64,000 bases of DNA, taken from the human T2T-CHM13v2.0 reference genome, Homo sapiens. A program made the position numbers and the translations under genes. The DNA lies in NCBI RefSeq assembly GCF_009914755.1, contig NC_060934.1; one strand, written 5' to 3'. The stretch's first letter is position 1, and each line of letters starts with the position of its first letter. The notes under the pieces were generated by a model, which saw only the letters and a list, made by a program, of their open reading frames with translations, ran no database searches and was not told the DNA's origin. Shown one piece after another: positions 37,401 through 54,059 of this stretch.

Positions 37401-37831
37401 TGTTGAAAGACAAATCCTTATGGGTGTCTCATATATGTGTTACAAATAGAGGCACTGACCACCCTGTTCCTAGCTACTTCTTCAAGGACATTTTTAGAGT
37501 AAACAGCCATGGAATATAGAGATAATGTCTCTTTCTGGGGAAGTGGATATGCATATTTACTGCCCATTATAAAAAGATTCCTTTTCCTAAAGCAGTCTAC
37601 TGTGTGTGCAATTGTCACATGGTCCCCTTCACCTTACTTTTTAAAAATTAAGGTTGGGTGAACTGTGCAAGACAATGCTGCTACTATGGCTAATGCGATC
37701 GCGAGTAATAAAGTCCTTTGTTTCTAACCAAGGAGCCTCATATCTTCTACCAGCATTCGCAAATTTGTCACAGGTTTGCATGCTAGCTTGCAAAAAGGGT
37801 AAAATTTAAAGACCCTTCAAGGTTCTCAACA
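37401..37831 (+). mobile_element. Solo LTR, LTR47-like
   Basis: TG...CA ends; motifs AGAGGCACTGAC, TGCCCATTATAAAA, GAGTAATAAAGTCCTTTGT and AGCTTGCAA..GGGTAAAAT..AGACCCTTCA match the recalled LTR47 consensus. Confidence 0.75.
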
Positions 37832-38305
37832 ATATCTTAGATAGCCTCCACTTCTTCCAGCACCAGAATTTGCCAACATCAGGCATAACTTTCCCAGGCC
37901 TGATAGAGGAAAGGCACAATCTCTCATTTCCTCAATAATTGTTCTGGAACATATAATTTTTGCAAATTATAGGACCTATCACTTCCCCTTCATCTCCAAG
38001 ATAATTATAATTTTTTTAATCTTTAGAATTTCAATTTCTGAAATAAACTTATTAAACATTTCTCAAATGCCCCTTACTTATTAATACTTTCTCTTGACAT
38101 ATACAGTTATTAGCAAACCAACAAGGCAGTTTATTGTTTTTCTGCCAATTATCCTTTATTACAAAAATGTTAAATTTTCTATTACAGTTTTTTCTAAGTC
38201 TGTTTTAACTACAGTTCATCAATGTTCCTGAAACCATCCTAGGCTACAGAATTTCTACCTACTGTTGTTCCACTCCATGGTATGGTAGTCATATCCTTTC
38301 TTTAA

Positions 38306-39531
<1,226 letters not shown>

Positions 39532-39811
39532 AATATGTGATTCTTAAAATGTTTCCATGCCTCCACTTATTATCTATTTTAAGTACTAATGTACCTAATT
39601 TGTTTGAATTATACTCTTAGAAAAATTCAAGTAAAATATAGTATGTTTATTATTTTTTCAAGTAATTAATAATCCTAAAATTGTTCCAATATTTACTTTA
39701 ATAATAGCAGCTGACATATGCACTACTCAAGTTTGAGGCACTTTTCTGAGTGCTTTATATATACGTAGCTCCTTTAATTATCACAACAATCAGAAATTAA
39801 TTTTTTTTTTT

Positions 39812-40120
39812 GGTCCAAGGACAGTGGCTTATGCTTATAATCTCAGCACTTTGGGAAGCAGAGACAGGAAGATAGCTTGAGCCCAGGAATTCAAGACCAG
39901 CCTAGGCAACACGGCAAAACCCTGTCTTTACCAAAAATACAAAATTTAGCTGGGCATTGTGGCACATGCCTGTAGACCCAGCTACTTGGGAGGATGAGGT
40001 AGGAGGATCACTTGAGCCTAGGAGGTAGAGGATGTAATGAGCTGTGATCATGTCACTGCATTCCAGCCTGGATGACAGAGGAGAACCTTGTCTCAAAAAA
40101 ATAAAATAAAATAAATAAAT
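39812..40120 (+). mobile_element. AluJ
   Basis: J-type dimer. Confidence 0.88.
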
Positions 40121-40982
40121 GGATAAATAAATTTGCCTTCTAATTGACATTGATTTGTAAGAAAAACTTTCAAATAGACATTTCTGTAAGTATTATATGT
40201 TTCATCAGGTACATTTAAAGACTATGTCATATAATTTATTACAAAGCACTTGAATTATATAAGACATAATGCAAATGTTTACAAGTATAAGAAATTTTAT
40301 AGCACATATTCCATTTATAAACTCATAGATTTTTGTGTCCAGATGCAGACTCAAATAATCATAAACATTTCCATTGAAATATGGTAATAAAAGTATTAAC
40401 ATTTATGACACAAATCTAAAAATAGAATTGTTTCTCTTAATATGAAATTTAAAAGAAATTATGCAGAATTGGATTTGCAAGTGAGGCCCTACAGTACAAT
40501 CCTGATCATCCAAATAGACATGCATATATTTCACATTTAATTAGTGATCCCAAATTGGGTAGTCGTTTGCAGAGTTCTAGGGCAATCTTCAAGACAAGTA
40601 TCCTTTGAGTTTATTCCTCTGATTTTTTTTAAGTTTAATTGGGAGTTTGAATCCATGTTGAAAGTATCAAGGGGCACATATAAATTGTGAGTAAGCCTGC
40701 TTTCTGGATACGAATAAAATAGTATAAATTGAAAAGTTTTGTTAGAGTGAACTTTATGGTGAGAAATAGTGAAACGAATTATAGGAGATGCCAGAGCATT
40801 GTTTCAAGTAAAGTTCCTTGAGAGCATTTTTCTGATCATGTTCTTTAGTGTTATTCAAATATAGAATGCAGTGAAGACATGAAAGAAGAGGCAATGCCCA
40901 AACAGTAAAAAAAAAAATTTATATAATACAAAGTGGGTTTGATTCATTATGTACAGAAATAGAAAGTAGTTAAATATGCTGA

Positions 40983-41309
<327 letters not shown>

Positions 41310-44300
41310 TGTCTATGGCTTTTAAATTTGAAGGCTATAAAGATTATCCCAGTGGCATTATGACAATTAAGAACTGCAAGAGTTGGCTAGAGTGGATAAG
41401 TTGAATTTGTTCCAACTTATCCACAGCAGTGGCTGTGTGTATGGAGGGAAGGGAGAGATTTCTTGTGTGTTTTCCATATATGGTGGCATGATGGGCTCGA
41501 GAAGGCTTTTTGAACTTGTGGTCTGTAGATCCCTGGGGCTCTGCTAGGCACTTTTAGGACTTCCGTGAGGACAAAATTAATTTAAAAAGCTGTTATCTTG
41601 TCCTTTATACTGTCATATTATCAGTTAAGTTTCCCAAAGCTACATTACTTGTGTGACATTATCATTCTCACAGGTAATGGAATATGTGATTAGGTACTTT
41701 TTTGTGTTTTAATATTTTCTTGTTTAACATGTGGCATCTATCTACCAATAGAGCATCAAAGTTGATCATATTTTGTTCTCAGTACCCCTTTTTAAAACTC
41801 TTAAATTATTGATGACCCCAAAATGACTGATGGCAATTGAAAGAGAAGCCTAGGATTTGTAGACAGAGAAATGGAGATAGATAGATAAATAGAGAAATAG
41901 ATTTTTTTTCTTCCCTACCCATCTCCTGGTAACAGAATCTCTACTGTGTGGTTTAAAGAAGCTTACCTGATTCTCTCCGACATAAGGTGAAGCACAGAGT
42001 CTCAAGAAGCAGATCAGAGAACAGACATTTCCTGGCCTTTATGATGGTTTAGGTTTGAGACTTGACTCAAGTCAAGGCCAACCAAAGCTCTTATTCAGAT
42101 TTTTTCTAGCCACTGGGGAGTTCTGTGCTCTAGAATTTCTGAGAAACAGATAAGCCTGAACAAATGACTAAGAAGTTTACTATAATATGGAGACATCTTT
42201 ACTGAGAATAAAGCCAAAAGATACAAAGACTCAAGTGAGGTATGAAGAGAGCTATTGTGTTTTTTACTTTTTTGTTTGTTTAAACTATTCTGAATTTGAT
42301 TTAAATGACCTATGAATGAAAGAACTCTGACAAATATAACTTGATTATTTGGATATTTTAGGCCTTATGATATTTTATTTTTGAACACATATTGCGTTGA
42401 ATGCATTATATGCAGTAAGCACAATCATCCAAACTACAATGTGAAAGGAAGATCCTCATTTTGAAAATAAGCAAACTGAGACACACAGTCATAGAGGTCA
42501 TTAGTTGTGCAGCCAGATTAAAAATCCAGAATTTTCTTTCTCTAGAGACCTTGGCTTTATTTACCCACTACAATTCCTTTTATTTCATATATTAAATTAT
42601 AGAAAGTAAAATCCAACAAATGAAGTATAAAACTTTGGGAATATACCAAATCCTCACTGTTTATGCAGTGCTGTGCATCTCTTGCTGCAAAAGTCACATA
42701 ACAAATTCATTTTCCAAGTTCAGAGCATGTGAATCTGGTTGTTTTTAGTTAGAAAAATTGCAGGCAGCATTATGTAACTTATGTTTAAGACTTAAGGAGA
42801 ATTATAAATTTCAGCCTGAAGTGTCCTGAAAGAAAATTAAAGTGGCAATTTTCTAAGCCAGGAAGTTCAAGTGATCCCTTAAGAACCATTAAGGACTTGT
42901 TTTTATAAAGCTATAAACAACTTTGTTGGTATCTGATCTAAGTTTGCACAACAAGTGCAATCTCAGGGGAGTTCTGATAATATTTCTATCTCGTTGTATA
43001 AATGAAGAAAACAATGGCTTAATCTCTTTTTCTTCAGCCAAGGAAGGGCATGATAAAAGTCTCAAAAGAGTCTATCCTATAAGAGAAATAATTCAAATGA
43101 GTTCTGAAAATTTCACAGAAATTGTTTTTCTAAGAAGTCAAACAATTTAACTTCCACATTGGAAAATTGCCAACAATGTATTCTGTGTATATATTCTGCT
43201 GTAACCAAGATATTTGTGGATGTCTTTAAAAAGTTCCTTAAAAATCTCAGCAATTAGATCTGCTGTAAATCCAGTTATATTTCTGTGGGTGTTTGGGGAA
43301 AGTCCTGGGAGGCAATTGGGTGGACCACTATTTGAAACTCAAACTTTCTTATGTTCTTGTAAATATCTGGAGGAAAACAACGTGACAATACCATTCATAT
43401 TATTAACTCCATTGATGTAGCAAACATATTTATCTGCATTAATTTAAGATAATTTCTACTTGTGAGAAATAATGTCAGACTAATAACTTCTTAATATATA
43501 TGGTCATCTGATTATTTAGGAAAAGAAAAAACATCGAGGCCATGGTTAATGTGAGGTAAGTCAGTTCCTCTGGGGAATATTCATCTTCTCTAATAGAGTT
43601 AATCAGAAGGAATGAAAAGGGACTTCTAAGTCCAGAAACATTTTCTCTTTGACCGCAACATTTACAATTCCACCAGCCTCCCAATTACATCCAATTGAGG
43701 TAGTGACATCTGTCCTCCAGAAATGTATGAAATAATCAAATCTCTTTATTTGTGAATTACTGAATGCCTTTCAGGATGTAAAGGTCAACAAGTAAAACTC
43801 TCTACCTTTTATCTAGTGACACAAGATTGTGTGCACGTTTTAGAAACTAGTGAATAACTGTGTTACTCATTATTACTGATGGTGCTTCTGCTCTGATCCT
43901 CTAGGAAGCCTTTTATTCAAATTTCAAAATAAACGTCTTTGAGTATAGAGGTGGAAGTAGAGGAGGGAAGCATTCTATGATGCAGGTTTCATTTTGTGCT
44001 ATAGTTTTATATAAGTGCATCTTGAATTCAGACAGTTCTTGATGTCATTTATACTATGGGCAAGGTATGATTCTAGTTCCTATGGACAAAACTCTAACGA
44101 AAAATAAAACTCTAAAGATTTTCTCATAGAGTTAACCAGCTACTTTGGGCCATAATTATTTTAGAGTTTGTCAATTCTGTTTCACTTCAATAATTAATAA
44201 ATATAATAAGAATCAAAACATTTAGATATTTATCATGGATTTACCACTATATATTTGTTTACATTATTTTTCCCAAATCTCTTAACCATTCCATATCCAG

Positions 44301-44326
44301 ATATTCAGAATATACAAAAATACTAT

Positions 44327-46644
44327 TGATATGGTTTGGCTCTGTGTCCCCCCACAAATCTCATCTTGTACCTTCCATAATTCCCACACGTTGTGGGAGG
44401 GACTTAGTGAGAGATGATTGATTCATGGAGCGGGTCTTTCCCATGCTGTTCTTGTGATAGTGAATGGGACTCCTGAGATCTGATGGTTTTAAAAACAGAA
44501 GTGTCTCTGCACAAGCTCTCTCTTTGCCTGATACACATCCATGTAACATGTGACTTGCTTCTCCTTGCCCTCCGCCATGATTATGAGGCCTTCCCAGCCG
44601 TGTGGAACTGTAAGTCCAATAAACCTCTTTCTTTTGTAAATTGGCCAGTCTTAAGTATGTCTTTATAAGCAGGATGAAAACTGACTAATACAGTAAATTG
44701 GTATCAGGAGTGGGGTGTTACTGAAAAGATACCCAAAAATGTTGAAGCGACTTTGGAACTGGGTAACAGGCTGAGGTTGGAACAGTTTAGAGGGGAGACA
44801 GGAAAATATGTGAAAGTTTGGAACTTCCTAGAGACTTGTTGAATGGCTTTGACCAAAATGCTGATAGTGATATAGACAATGAAATCCAGGCTGAGGTGGA
44901 TCTCAAATGGAGATGAGGAACTTGTGGTGAACTGGAGCAAAGGTGACTCTTGTTATGTTTTAGCAAAGAGACTGGAGGCATTTTGACCCTACTCTAAAGA
45001 TTTGTGGAACTTTCAACTTGAGAGACATAAGTTAGAGTATCCGGTCAAAGAAATCTTTATGCAGCAAAGCATTCAAGAGGTGACTTGGGTGATGTTAAAG
45101 GCATTCAGTTTCAAAAGAGAAACAGAGCACAAAAGATTAGAAAATTTGCAAACAGACAATGCAATAGAAAAGAAAAACTCATTTTCTGAGGAAAAATTCA
45201 AGCCGGCTGCAGAAATTTGCATAAGTAAAAAGGAGCTGAATGTTAAACACCAAGAAAATGGGGAAAATATCTCCAGGGTATGTCAGAGGCCTTTGCGGCA
45301 GCCCCTTCCATTACGGGACAGAGGCTTAGGAGTAAAAATGGTTTCATGGGCTGGGCCCAGGATATCTGTGCTGTGTGCAGCCTAGGGACTTGGTGCCCTG
45401 TATCCCAGCTGCTCTAGCCATGGCTGAAAAGGGCCAACATAGAGCTTGGTCTGTGGCTTTAGAGCATGCAAGCCTCAAGCCTTGGCAGCTTCTATGTGGG
45501 GTTGAGCCTGCAGAGTGCATGGAAGTCAAGAATTGAGATTCAGGAACTTCTGCCTAGTTTTCAGAAGACATATGTAAATGCCTGGATGCCAAGGCAGAAG
45601 TTTGCTGTAGGAGCAGTGTCCCAATGGTGAACCTCTGCTAGTACAGAAGGGAAATGTGGGGATGCGAGCCTCCACACAGAGTCCCTCTTGGGCACCTCGT
45701 AGTGGAGCTGTAGGAAGAGAGCCACTGTCCTCCAGACCCCAGAATGGTAGATCCACCAAGAGCTTATACCATGTGCCTGGAAAAGCCATAGACACTCAAC
45801 ACCAGCCAATGAAGGCAGCTGGGAGGGGAGCTGTACCCTGCAAAGCCACAGGGGCAGAGCTGCCCAAGACTATGGGAACCTCCCTCTCACATCAGCATGA
45901 CCTGGATGTGAGACATGGAGTCAAAGCAGATCATTTTGGAGTTTTAAGATTTGACTGCCCTGCTGGATTTCAGACTTGCATGGGGTCTGTAGCCCCTTTG
46001 TTTTGACCAATTTCTCCAATTTGGAATGGCTGTATTTACCCAATGTTTGTACCTGCATTGTATCTAGGAGGTAACTAACTTGCTTTTGATTTTATGGGCT
46101 CATAGGCAGAAGGGACTTGCCTTGTCTTGGATGAGATGTTGGACTGTGGACTTTTGAGTTAATGTTCAAATGAGTTGAGACTTTAGGGGACTGTTGGGAA
46201 GGCATGATTGGTTTTGAAATGTGAAGATATGAGATTGTGGAGGGGCTAGGGACAGAATTATGTGGTTTGACTCTGTGTGTCCACCCAAATCTCATCTCGT
46301 AACTCTCATAATTCCCATGTGTTATTGGAGGGACTCAGTGAGAGTTGATTGGTGAGAGAGTGAGAGTTGATTGAATCATGGGAGCAGGTCTTTTCCATGC
46401 TGTTCTCATAATAGTGAATGGGTCTCACAAGATCTGATGGTTTTAAAAATGGAAATTTCTCTGCACAAGCTCTCTCTTTGCCTGCTGCCATCCATATAAG
46501 ATGTGACTTGCTCATCTTTGCCTTCTGCCATGATTATGAGGACTCCCCAGCCATGTAGAACTGTAAGTCCAATATACCTCTTTCTTTTGTAAATTCCCAG
46601 TCTCAGGCATGTCTTTATTAGCAGCGTGAAAATGGACTAATATA
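44327..46644 (+). mobile_element. Full-length THE1 (THE1A/B-like) MaLR element: LTR 44327-44692, internal region, LTR ~46258-46644
   Basis: Two homologous LTRs (TGATATGGTTTGG...GACTAATACA) flanking a ~1.56 kb MaLR internal region; perfect 5-bp TSD ACTAT (44322-44326 and 46645-46649). Confidence 0.95.
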
Positions 46645-47922
46645 ACTATCAAGCACTATTTTTTATAATTGGAAGTATATTTGAGTTTTAATAATATATG
46701 AAGTTTTTGTAACATAACAAAGTGCAAGATAATTTAAAAATTATATAATTCATGTTTTCTATTAAGGATGATCTCTGATAATATGAAAATTGTAAAATGA
46801 TATAGCTACTATTTGGTGCACAATCAGTAAATAAAAAGCACTAGTTACCATGATATATGGTTACTTTATAGAATTATTTAAATGAATGTAATACATTATT
46901 TACATTGGCATAAAAGTTTTTCTAAATATTTCTAATATTTCTTGAACTGCACATGGAAACAAAATGCTACGATAGGAAGATGAGAGAATATTTTTGAAGT
47001 ACTTACAATGAGAGATGCTAGATAGAAAAATACATCACAAAAATATTAGATATACAAAACTATTAAACTTTAACAAAACACTCAAAAGATTATTGTGCTA
47101 CAGAATGTTTGGCAGAAATGGTCTAGACCAGTGCTTCTCAAACTTTTGCATATTTAAGAAACTTTAGGGGTGAAGTTCGGCAATCTATTTGGGTAAGCTC
47201 TAAACAAAATATACACTAATTTAAAACTAATGAGTCATGTTGAATCTTTTCTTCTCTGAATTGATTTAATTAAGTCATTTAGTACACATAATTTTCTCTC
47301 TTAAAATCTAGACTCATTAAACCAAGATGTCAATCTGCAAGTCCTCCTGTGTAGCTAAAATAGGCATCCCAAATTTAACATTTCCAAACGCTAGACACAT
47401 GATTTCCTCACCCAAACCAGCCCTTGTTTCCAGTTTGTTATACCTCAATAATAACCATCTGATTGACTATTTTAGTCTAATCTCTTTGAGTCATCTTTCA
47501 CTTATTTCTGCAAATCAATGTGAGAAAAAAATACCAATGGCTCTACCTTATAAATAGATCTATAGTTTGATTGATACTCAAAAGCTGGACCACTACTTCT
47601 ATGAATCCAGGCAACCATCATATTTCAACTGGACTACTGCAGAAACCTTCTAGTTGATGTCCTGTCTTTCATCTTTATTCTAGTTAGTGTTTTGACTGTC
47701 CCAGAGTGAAAGAAATACTTTTACATGTAAGTCACATCATTTCTCTTCTTTCTTAACCTAAACTTTGCAATGGTTTTCCAATTCACTCGGAATGAAAGTT
47801 AAATAACTTGCCATGGCCAAAATGGTCCTGCCAGATCTGGCTCCCATTAACCAGTAAGAAATTCTCTCGTCTCAATATCATCTTACTCGTTCCAGATTTG
47901 CAAAAGAGAAGCCTTTTATATT

Positions 47923-48213
47923 CTTTTTTTTTTTTTTTTTTGAGATGGAGTCTCACTCTGTTGGCCAGGCTGGAGTGCAGTGGCGTAATCTAGGCTAACT
48001 GCAAGCTCCGCCTCTTGAGTTCATGCCATTCTCCTGCCTCAGTAGCTGGGACTTCAGGCGCCTGCCACCACACCCGGCTAATTTTTTGTATTTTTAGTAG
48101 AGACGGGGTTTCACCATGTTAGCCAGGAAGGTCTCAATCTCCTGACCTCGTGATCTGCTCTCCTCGGCTTCCCAAAGTGCTGGGATTACAGGCGTGAGCC
48201 AGTGCGCCTGGCC
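47923..48213 (-). mobile_element. AluY-like inside L2
   Basis: GCAAGCTCCGCC; TSD atattcttt. Confidence 0.9.
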
Positions 48214-48539
48214 TGATATTCTTTATAATGATTCTCTTCTCAGAATAATTATCTTCTCAGAACCTCTCTGTCTATTCTTCTTCCTACAGTGGAATTCCAC
48301 CTTAAATATCTGTAGCTATTTCTCATGGTATGGTCAAATAACATACTCAGTGGTACTTTATCAGAAAGAATTTTCCATGACATCAATACAAAATAGCACC
48401 TCCCATCCTTATACTGTCCTTTCCCCCAAGTTGGAGTAGGTTCCAGAAAAGTAGGGTTGTTGTATTTCTTTTTTTTAATGGTTGTTGCTCTTTGTTGGAG
48501 ATCAAGAATCTTAAAGAGAGTCTGAAACAAGTCATTGCT

Positions 48540-48949
48540 TGTTATGAGTTGGATTGTGTACTCCCCAAAAATGCATAGGTTGAAGTATTAGACCCCAGGC
48601 CCATAGAATGTGATGTTGTTTAGAGATAGGGTCTTTAGAGTGGTAATCAAGTTAAAATGACGTTATTAGATCAGGCTTAATATATTATGTCTAATGTCCT
48701 TATAAAAAAGGAGAATGTGAACAAAGAGATGTGGATAGGAACAAGTGATATAAGGAGAAAATAGCTACCTACAAGTTGAGAAGAGAGGACTTGAGATGGA
48801 TTCTTCCCTCACAGCTTTCACCAGGAACCAATCCTGCTGTCTCCTTGATTTTGGACTTCTATTCTCTAAAACCATGAGACAATAATTTCTATAATTTAAA
48901 CCACTCAGTGTGTGGTACTTTGTTGCAGTAGCACTGGCAAACTAATACA
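48540..48949 (+). mobile_element. MLT1B-like MaLR solo LTR (inserted in L2)
   Basis: TGTTATGAGTTGGATTGTGT...TGGTACTTTGTT...AAACTAATACA; TSD ttgct/ttgtt. Confidence 0.82.
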
Positions 48950-49707
48950 TTGTTCAATAAGTACGTATCTGTTGAATAAATTGAATGAGAAAATATTCTG
49001 AAACCAGGTTTATAAAATGAACTGGATGCCTCTCCAGCTTTCTCACATTTCATGTCTGTTCACAATTATTTAGTAAATACTGCAACTATACATAAGTCCT
49101 TCCAGCGAAACAGGTAAAAATTATAAAGAAATCAGAATGGTGCATATGTGCTGATACCACCAAAAAAAAAAAGGGGGAAAGAAAACAGAAAAAGAAATGC
49201 AAACATACTTGTAGATGAAAATGAAAATCATAAAATTATATAATGATATAGAAGAAAATTTTAACACAGGCACTTTTCCATGAGCTTAACAGTCTTGAAG
49301 AAGATAGAGCTTTTGAAAAGAAGAGCTCAGATACACAAGAAATATTGTTTTAAAAAATAGAATAAAAAACTGGCAGCACTCAGGAAAGGAAAATTTAAAA
49401 ATTATAAAAATGAAAGCTGCACTGGAGGAGTAAAAGAGTTAAATATGAATTTCTGAATGGATTCAGGAGTATGATAAGAAAACTTAGTAAACTTAAATAC
49501 TTCTCAATTAAAATGAAACCATTTTAAAGCAAAAAAAGAAAAAACCCAAGGAAACTGTGAACATCTCCATAATCGTTTCTCTTGAAGTAAATACTGTAAT
49601 AATGGAGCACATGAAACAGAAATATGGTTTTAAAGATAGGATAGGCTATTAATAAAAACATACTATCTGAGGGCATCTCAGAGCTGAAGGATTGAAGAAT
49701 AATTAGC

Positions 49708-49997
<290 letters not shown>

Positions 49998-51339
49998 TTA
50001 CAAGTAATGTAGGTTGGCAAAGCATAATCCTAAATTGTATTACCATGCCTACCACATTTTTAGTTTGTAGAAATTTAACTTAAGAGAGAAATTTTTATTT
50101 CAATAAATATGTAGAAAATTTCAATACATATGTGATGACTCTCAATAGAAGTTGGTTTACAAAAAAAATACAAATAATACTTTTATTATATATAATTCAT
50201 TCCTCTACATGTATAATTTTTAAGAAAATCTTTCTTCCTTCCCGCATGCAATCTTTCAGGTCACACCATAAAATTATCATGGTTCTTTTTAGGCTGATAT
50301 CTTAGTTCAATTCCAATGGATAACATAAAAATAAACCCCTACAAAGTTTATTTTTTAATTTTCCTTAATACTAGAGTGTTCTGTACTTATTGGCATTCAG
50401 AGATATAATGTAAATATATTGTCCAGAAGGCAATGTCTCAAATAAGAAAATGAAATATGATCTTTTATTTCAATTCTCTGTCAAATATGTAAAAGTTGAT
50501 GCATAATAGAGGAAGTATGGCAGAAAATTTTCTTCCTTTATTTAATATAAATAACTTCTCCATTGGATAAAAAAAACTTTACAGAAAACATACATACTGA
50601 ACAGGCAGGATAAAAGTATTATCAGCAGTAAATCTGGTATCTATCTATCTGTCTATCTATCTCTACTATTTTCCATACTCTCTATCTGCATATTTTATTC
50701 ACATTTTAATGAGAGAGCTTATATAACCTTTTGCGGGTATTTCTAAAGTAAAGAAAGAGAAGTGAAATAATATAAATTTTGCTTAATTTGATAGATGTTA
50801 CTACCCTTGCATTTGGTCAATTTACTAAATCAATTATTAGTTTCAATATTTGGTTAATTTTATTAGGTAGACCATGTACATAATTATACACACAAATGCT
50901 CATGCACACATATACACACATATACCCTCATATAAAATGTTGAATTACATCAACTTTTATCTAGGCATTTACTGAGATGTTAATTTGCCAAGGACATTTA
51001 TTCAGCTCTTACTGTGTTCAGTATGGATTTTCCACTGAACTTCCTCTAAAGGAATATTGTTGAGTAATAATTTTTGGCCTTATTGTGTTTCCTTTCCTTA
51101 TTCCTCTGCAAGGCATGAGGCAGCAATATTTTAAGTGGTGATTTTGAGAAGAGAAATTGAACATGCTCAGACCAACCTTTTTTCTCACTCTTTGTGTGAG
51201 CCAAGAAAAAGGAGAAGGAGAAGGAAAGAAAAAGAGATATGAAAGACAGGTAGAGAAGCTTAAGAAGGAAGAAAAGGATGGAACAAAAGAATGAGGGAGG
51301 TAGGAGAGAGAGCACTCACACACATAGCATATATAGTTC

Positions 51340-51500
51340 AACAGACACTATCCTAAATGCCTTGCATATATTATCTAACTTAATGCACACAACAATTCTC
51401 ATGGACTATTATTATTCTCATCTGTAAATAAGAAAACTGACGCACAAAAGGATATAGTGTTTATACAGCTAGTAAGTGATAAAGCTGAGCTGGTAAACCA
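51340..51500 (-). mobile_element. MIR
   Basis: AAGAAAACTGACGCACA..ACAGCTAGTAAGTGATAAAGCTG. Confidence 0.55.
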
Positions 51501-51684
51501 GAGAGTTTGAAGAATTACACCTAAGTTTTAATAATTCCTTTAATTGTCACAATTCCCTAAATTTTATGAGTTTATTCCTTAGTTCCTGTCAGTTTTTCAT
51601 TAATAAATATATACATACTTTTTTTGGATATACTTGTGGTTTTTAAGCTTCTCACTTCCGTCACGTGTGTTAAAATTATCTTAA

Positions 51685-51973
51685 GGTTGAGAGCGATGGT
51701 TCATGCCTGTAATTCCAGCACTTGCAGAGGCTGATATGGGAGGATTGCTTGATGCCAGGAGTTCACAGCCAACCTGAGCAACAGAGCAAGACCCCATCTC
51801 TACAAAAAATAAATTAGCCAGGCATGGTCGTGTGTGTTTGGCCTATAGTCTCAGCTATAGGCTGAGATGCTGAGACAGGAGGATACTTTGAGTCCAGGAG
51901 ATTAAGCCTGCAGTCAGCTTTGGTTGAGCCACTGCAGTCCATCCTGGGCAACAGAGCAAGACTCTGTCTCAAA
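51685..51973 (+). mobile_element. AluJ
   Basis: J-type dimer. Confidence 0.85.
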
Positions 51974-52369
51974 TTGTATATAGATATATTTAATTTGTGC
52001 TATTATATCTGATTCTTAGAAGAGTCTGATTGCACACATGGTTTTTTGCATTATCACTGATTTTATTGCACATATATCTCCTAGAAATCAATGCTAGAGA
52101 ACTGTGATGCCAATCTGATTCATATTGCCTTATAAGCGAACTGATATTTTTCTTTCATGGTTATTGGAAATTTCTTGTTCATTTTTTTTCTGTATCATCA
52201 ATATGTAATTGGGTATTGGCTTTGTTTTCCTCCCATTTGATCCTATTTGATATGAGATTGACTTTTTTTAAATAGAAGATTTATATCCCAGCTCAAAGAA
52301 ATTTTATTATTTTGATTATATTCTTTCAATCAAATTGGAAAAAAGTATTTATCCTTATATAGTCACATG

Positions 52370-52695
52370 GCTACATCTCTCAAGTCTCCCAATACCATAA
52401 ATTTTACTCAAATATTGCCCTTGTCACCTTTTAAATGAAAGCTATCACACCACCCTATTTAAAATGCAAACTGCCTTCTACCCTGTCACATGCAAACCGC
52501 TTTCATCTGTTCTACTTCTTTTCTATTCTCTAACATTCTGTGACGTTTACTATTTAGTGTATCTATTGTTAATTGTCTGGCTACTCGTATTACAATATAA
52601 GCTTTCTGAGAGTAAAGGTCATTATCTTTTCGGATCCATTAGAATCATGTCTGGCATCTAGAAGGGTCATCAAGAATATACAATGAATAAATGAA
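52370..52695 (+). mobile_element. L2 3' fragment
   Basis: ATATAAGCTTTCTGAGAGTA..TGTCTGGCATCTAGAAGG..TGAATAAATGAA terminus. Confidence 0.55.
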
Positions 52696-54059
52696 AAACC
52701 AATGAGATTTTTGCATCTTACGTCTATGAGCCTTAAATGTCCTCTCACATTTTCTTTGTGTTCTGTTCCATAATTATCTCATTATTTGGGCATTTAGTTC
52801 ATTACATTAGTAATCAGGTGTAGCTCCTCTACTAGCACTTTGCTGCTACTGTTTGTTTCACTGTTAAATATTCAAAATACATTGTTAGACTCCTAGCCTC
52901 CTGAATGTTAATTTTTCATTGCAAACTTGTTTTATTGAGTTACAGATGTGGTATGCTTTCAATTCTCTTTGTTTGCATTAATTATATTTTATGTTATATG
53001 TTCTTGTTTTCCATATCACCTCTTTATTTCTCTGTTTTTTTTGTTGATTGTGGTGGGGTTTTTCTTTGCCATATTTAAAGTTCTTTAGAATTTGTTAATC
53101 TGAGTTATCTGTTCATACTCAGTGATGAGAAATAAGTAAGCAAGGTTAGCAACCATGGAAAATTTTTGTAGCCTTCCTAAGCATTCACTTTTCATAATTA
53201 ATGAATATGATTCTGTTGACAGCACGCAAAGGGGAGAAGGCATAGTCAGGTAGAGTGTGCACATTGCTACTCTCTATTTGAAAGTGCCCTCATCACAGGG
53301 TGGTTATAAGACTCCTTGAATACTAAGCCATTCTCTGGTGGCAAAATTCTCTTTGTTTACTATCTAGATAAAAAGAGCCAATTGCTCAAAGTTTAGCAAG
53401 TATTTAATAGATGCTTAATAAGTATCTCATGAATTAATTATTGATGCACTAATACCCCAAGTATGAGTTGCCCAGAGCAGCTATTCCTTTATTTTTTTTT
53501 TTCTGGATAACCCTGAGTAATACAGACAGAACTATTGATATGACACCTTCATGACCCTACAGTACTATCATGGAGTTCTGTGAAACTGATGGTTTGACTG
53601 ATTCACAAAATGAGCCTCTTATTAGTTATTATTATTTGAGCCACTATCTTCCTAGGGCAAAATCAGTTCATGTGGGTCTGGCTTTTCACCATCTGAAATT
53701 TTTTTTTTTAATGAGCATATAGCAAACCATAAAAGAAAACCAACAGATATAAACCAAAACACAGTTTTTGTTTTTTTAGGGATCTACTTACTCATTTAAT
53801 AAATTATGTTAAAGAAAATGAAACATTGAAATATTAAATTTTCAGAAGAACTGTTTATTCATTAAAGTTGTTAGGCAAAATCAATGGGAAAATATTTTAG
53901 GCAAAGAAACTTTGATTCCATTTTGGTTTTGTTGTTGTTGTTGTCGTCATGGAAAATTCTACCCTGTTATCATTTTAAAATTCCTTACCTCTCTTTCCTT
54001 CAATGCTATAATTGCTATTTCATTGACTGGTTACAGCCTCAGAAGCTGGGTTGTTACCA

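Larger units (their letters stand above)
47310..48990 (+). mobile_element. L2 relic interrupted by an Alu and an MLT1 LTR
   Basis: AGGCATCCCAAATTTAACAT, TGGACTACTGCAG..CCTTCTA motifs; terminal TCAATAA..TGTTGAATAAATTGAATGA. Confidence 0.65.
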
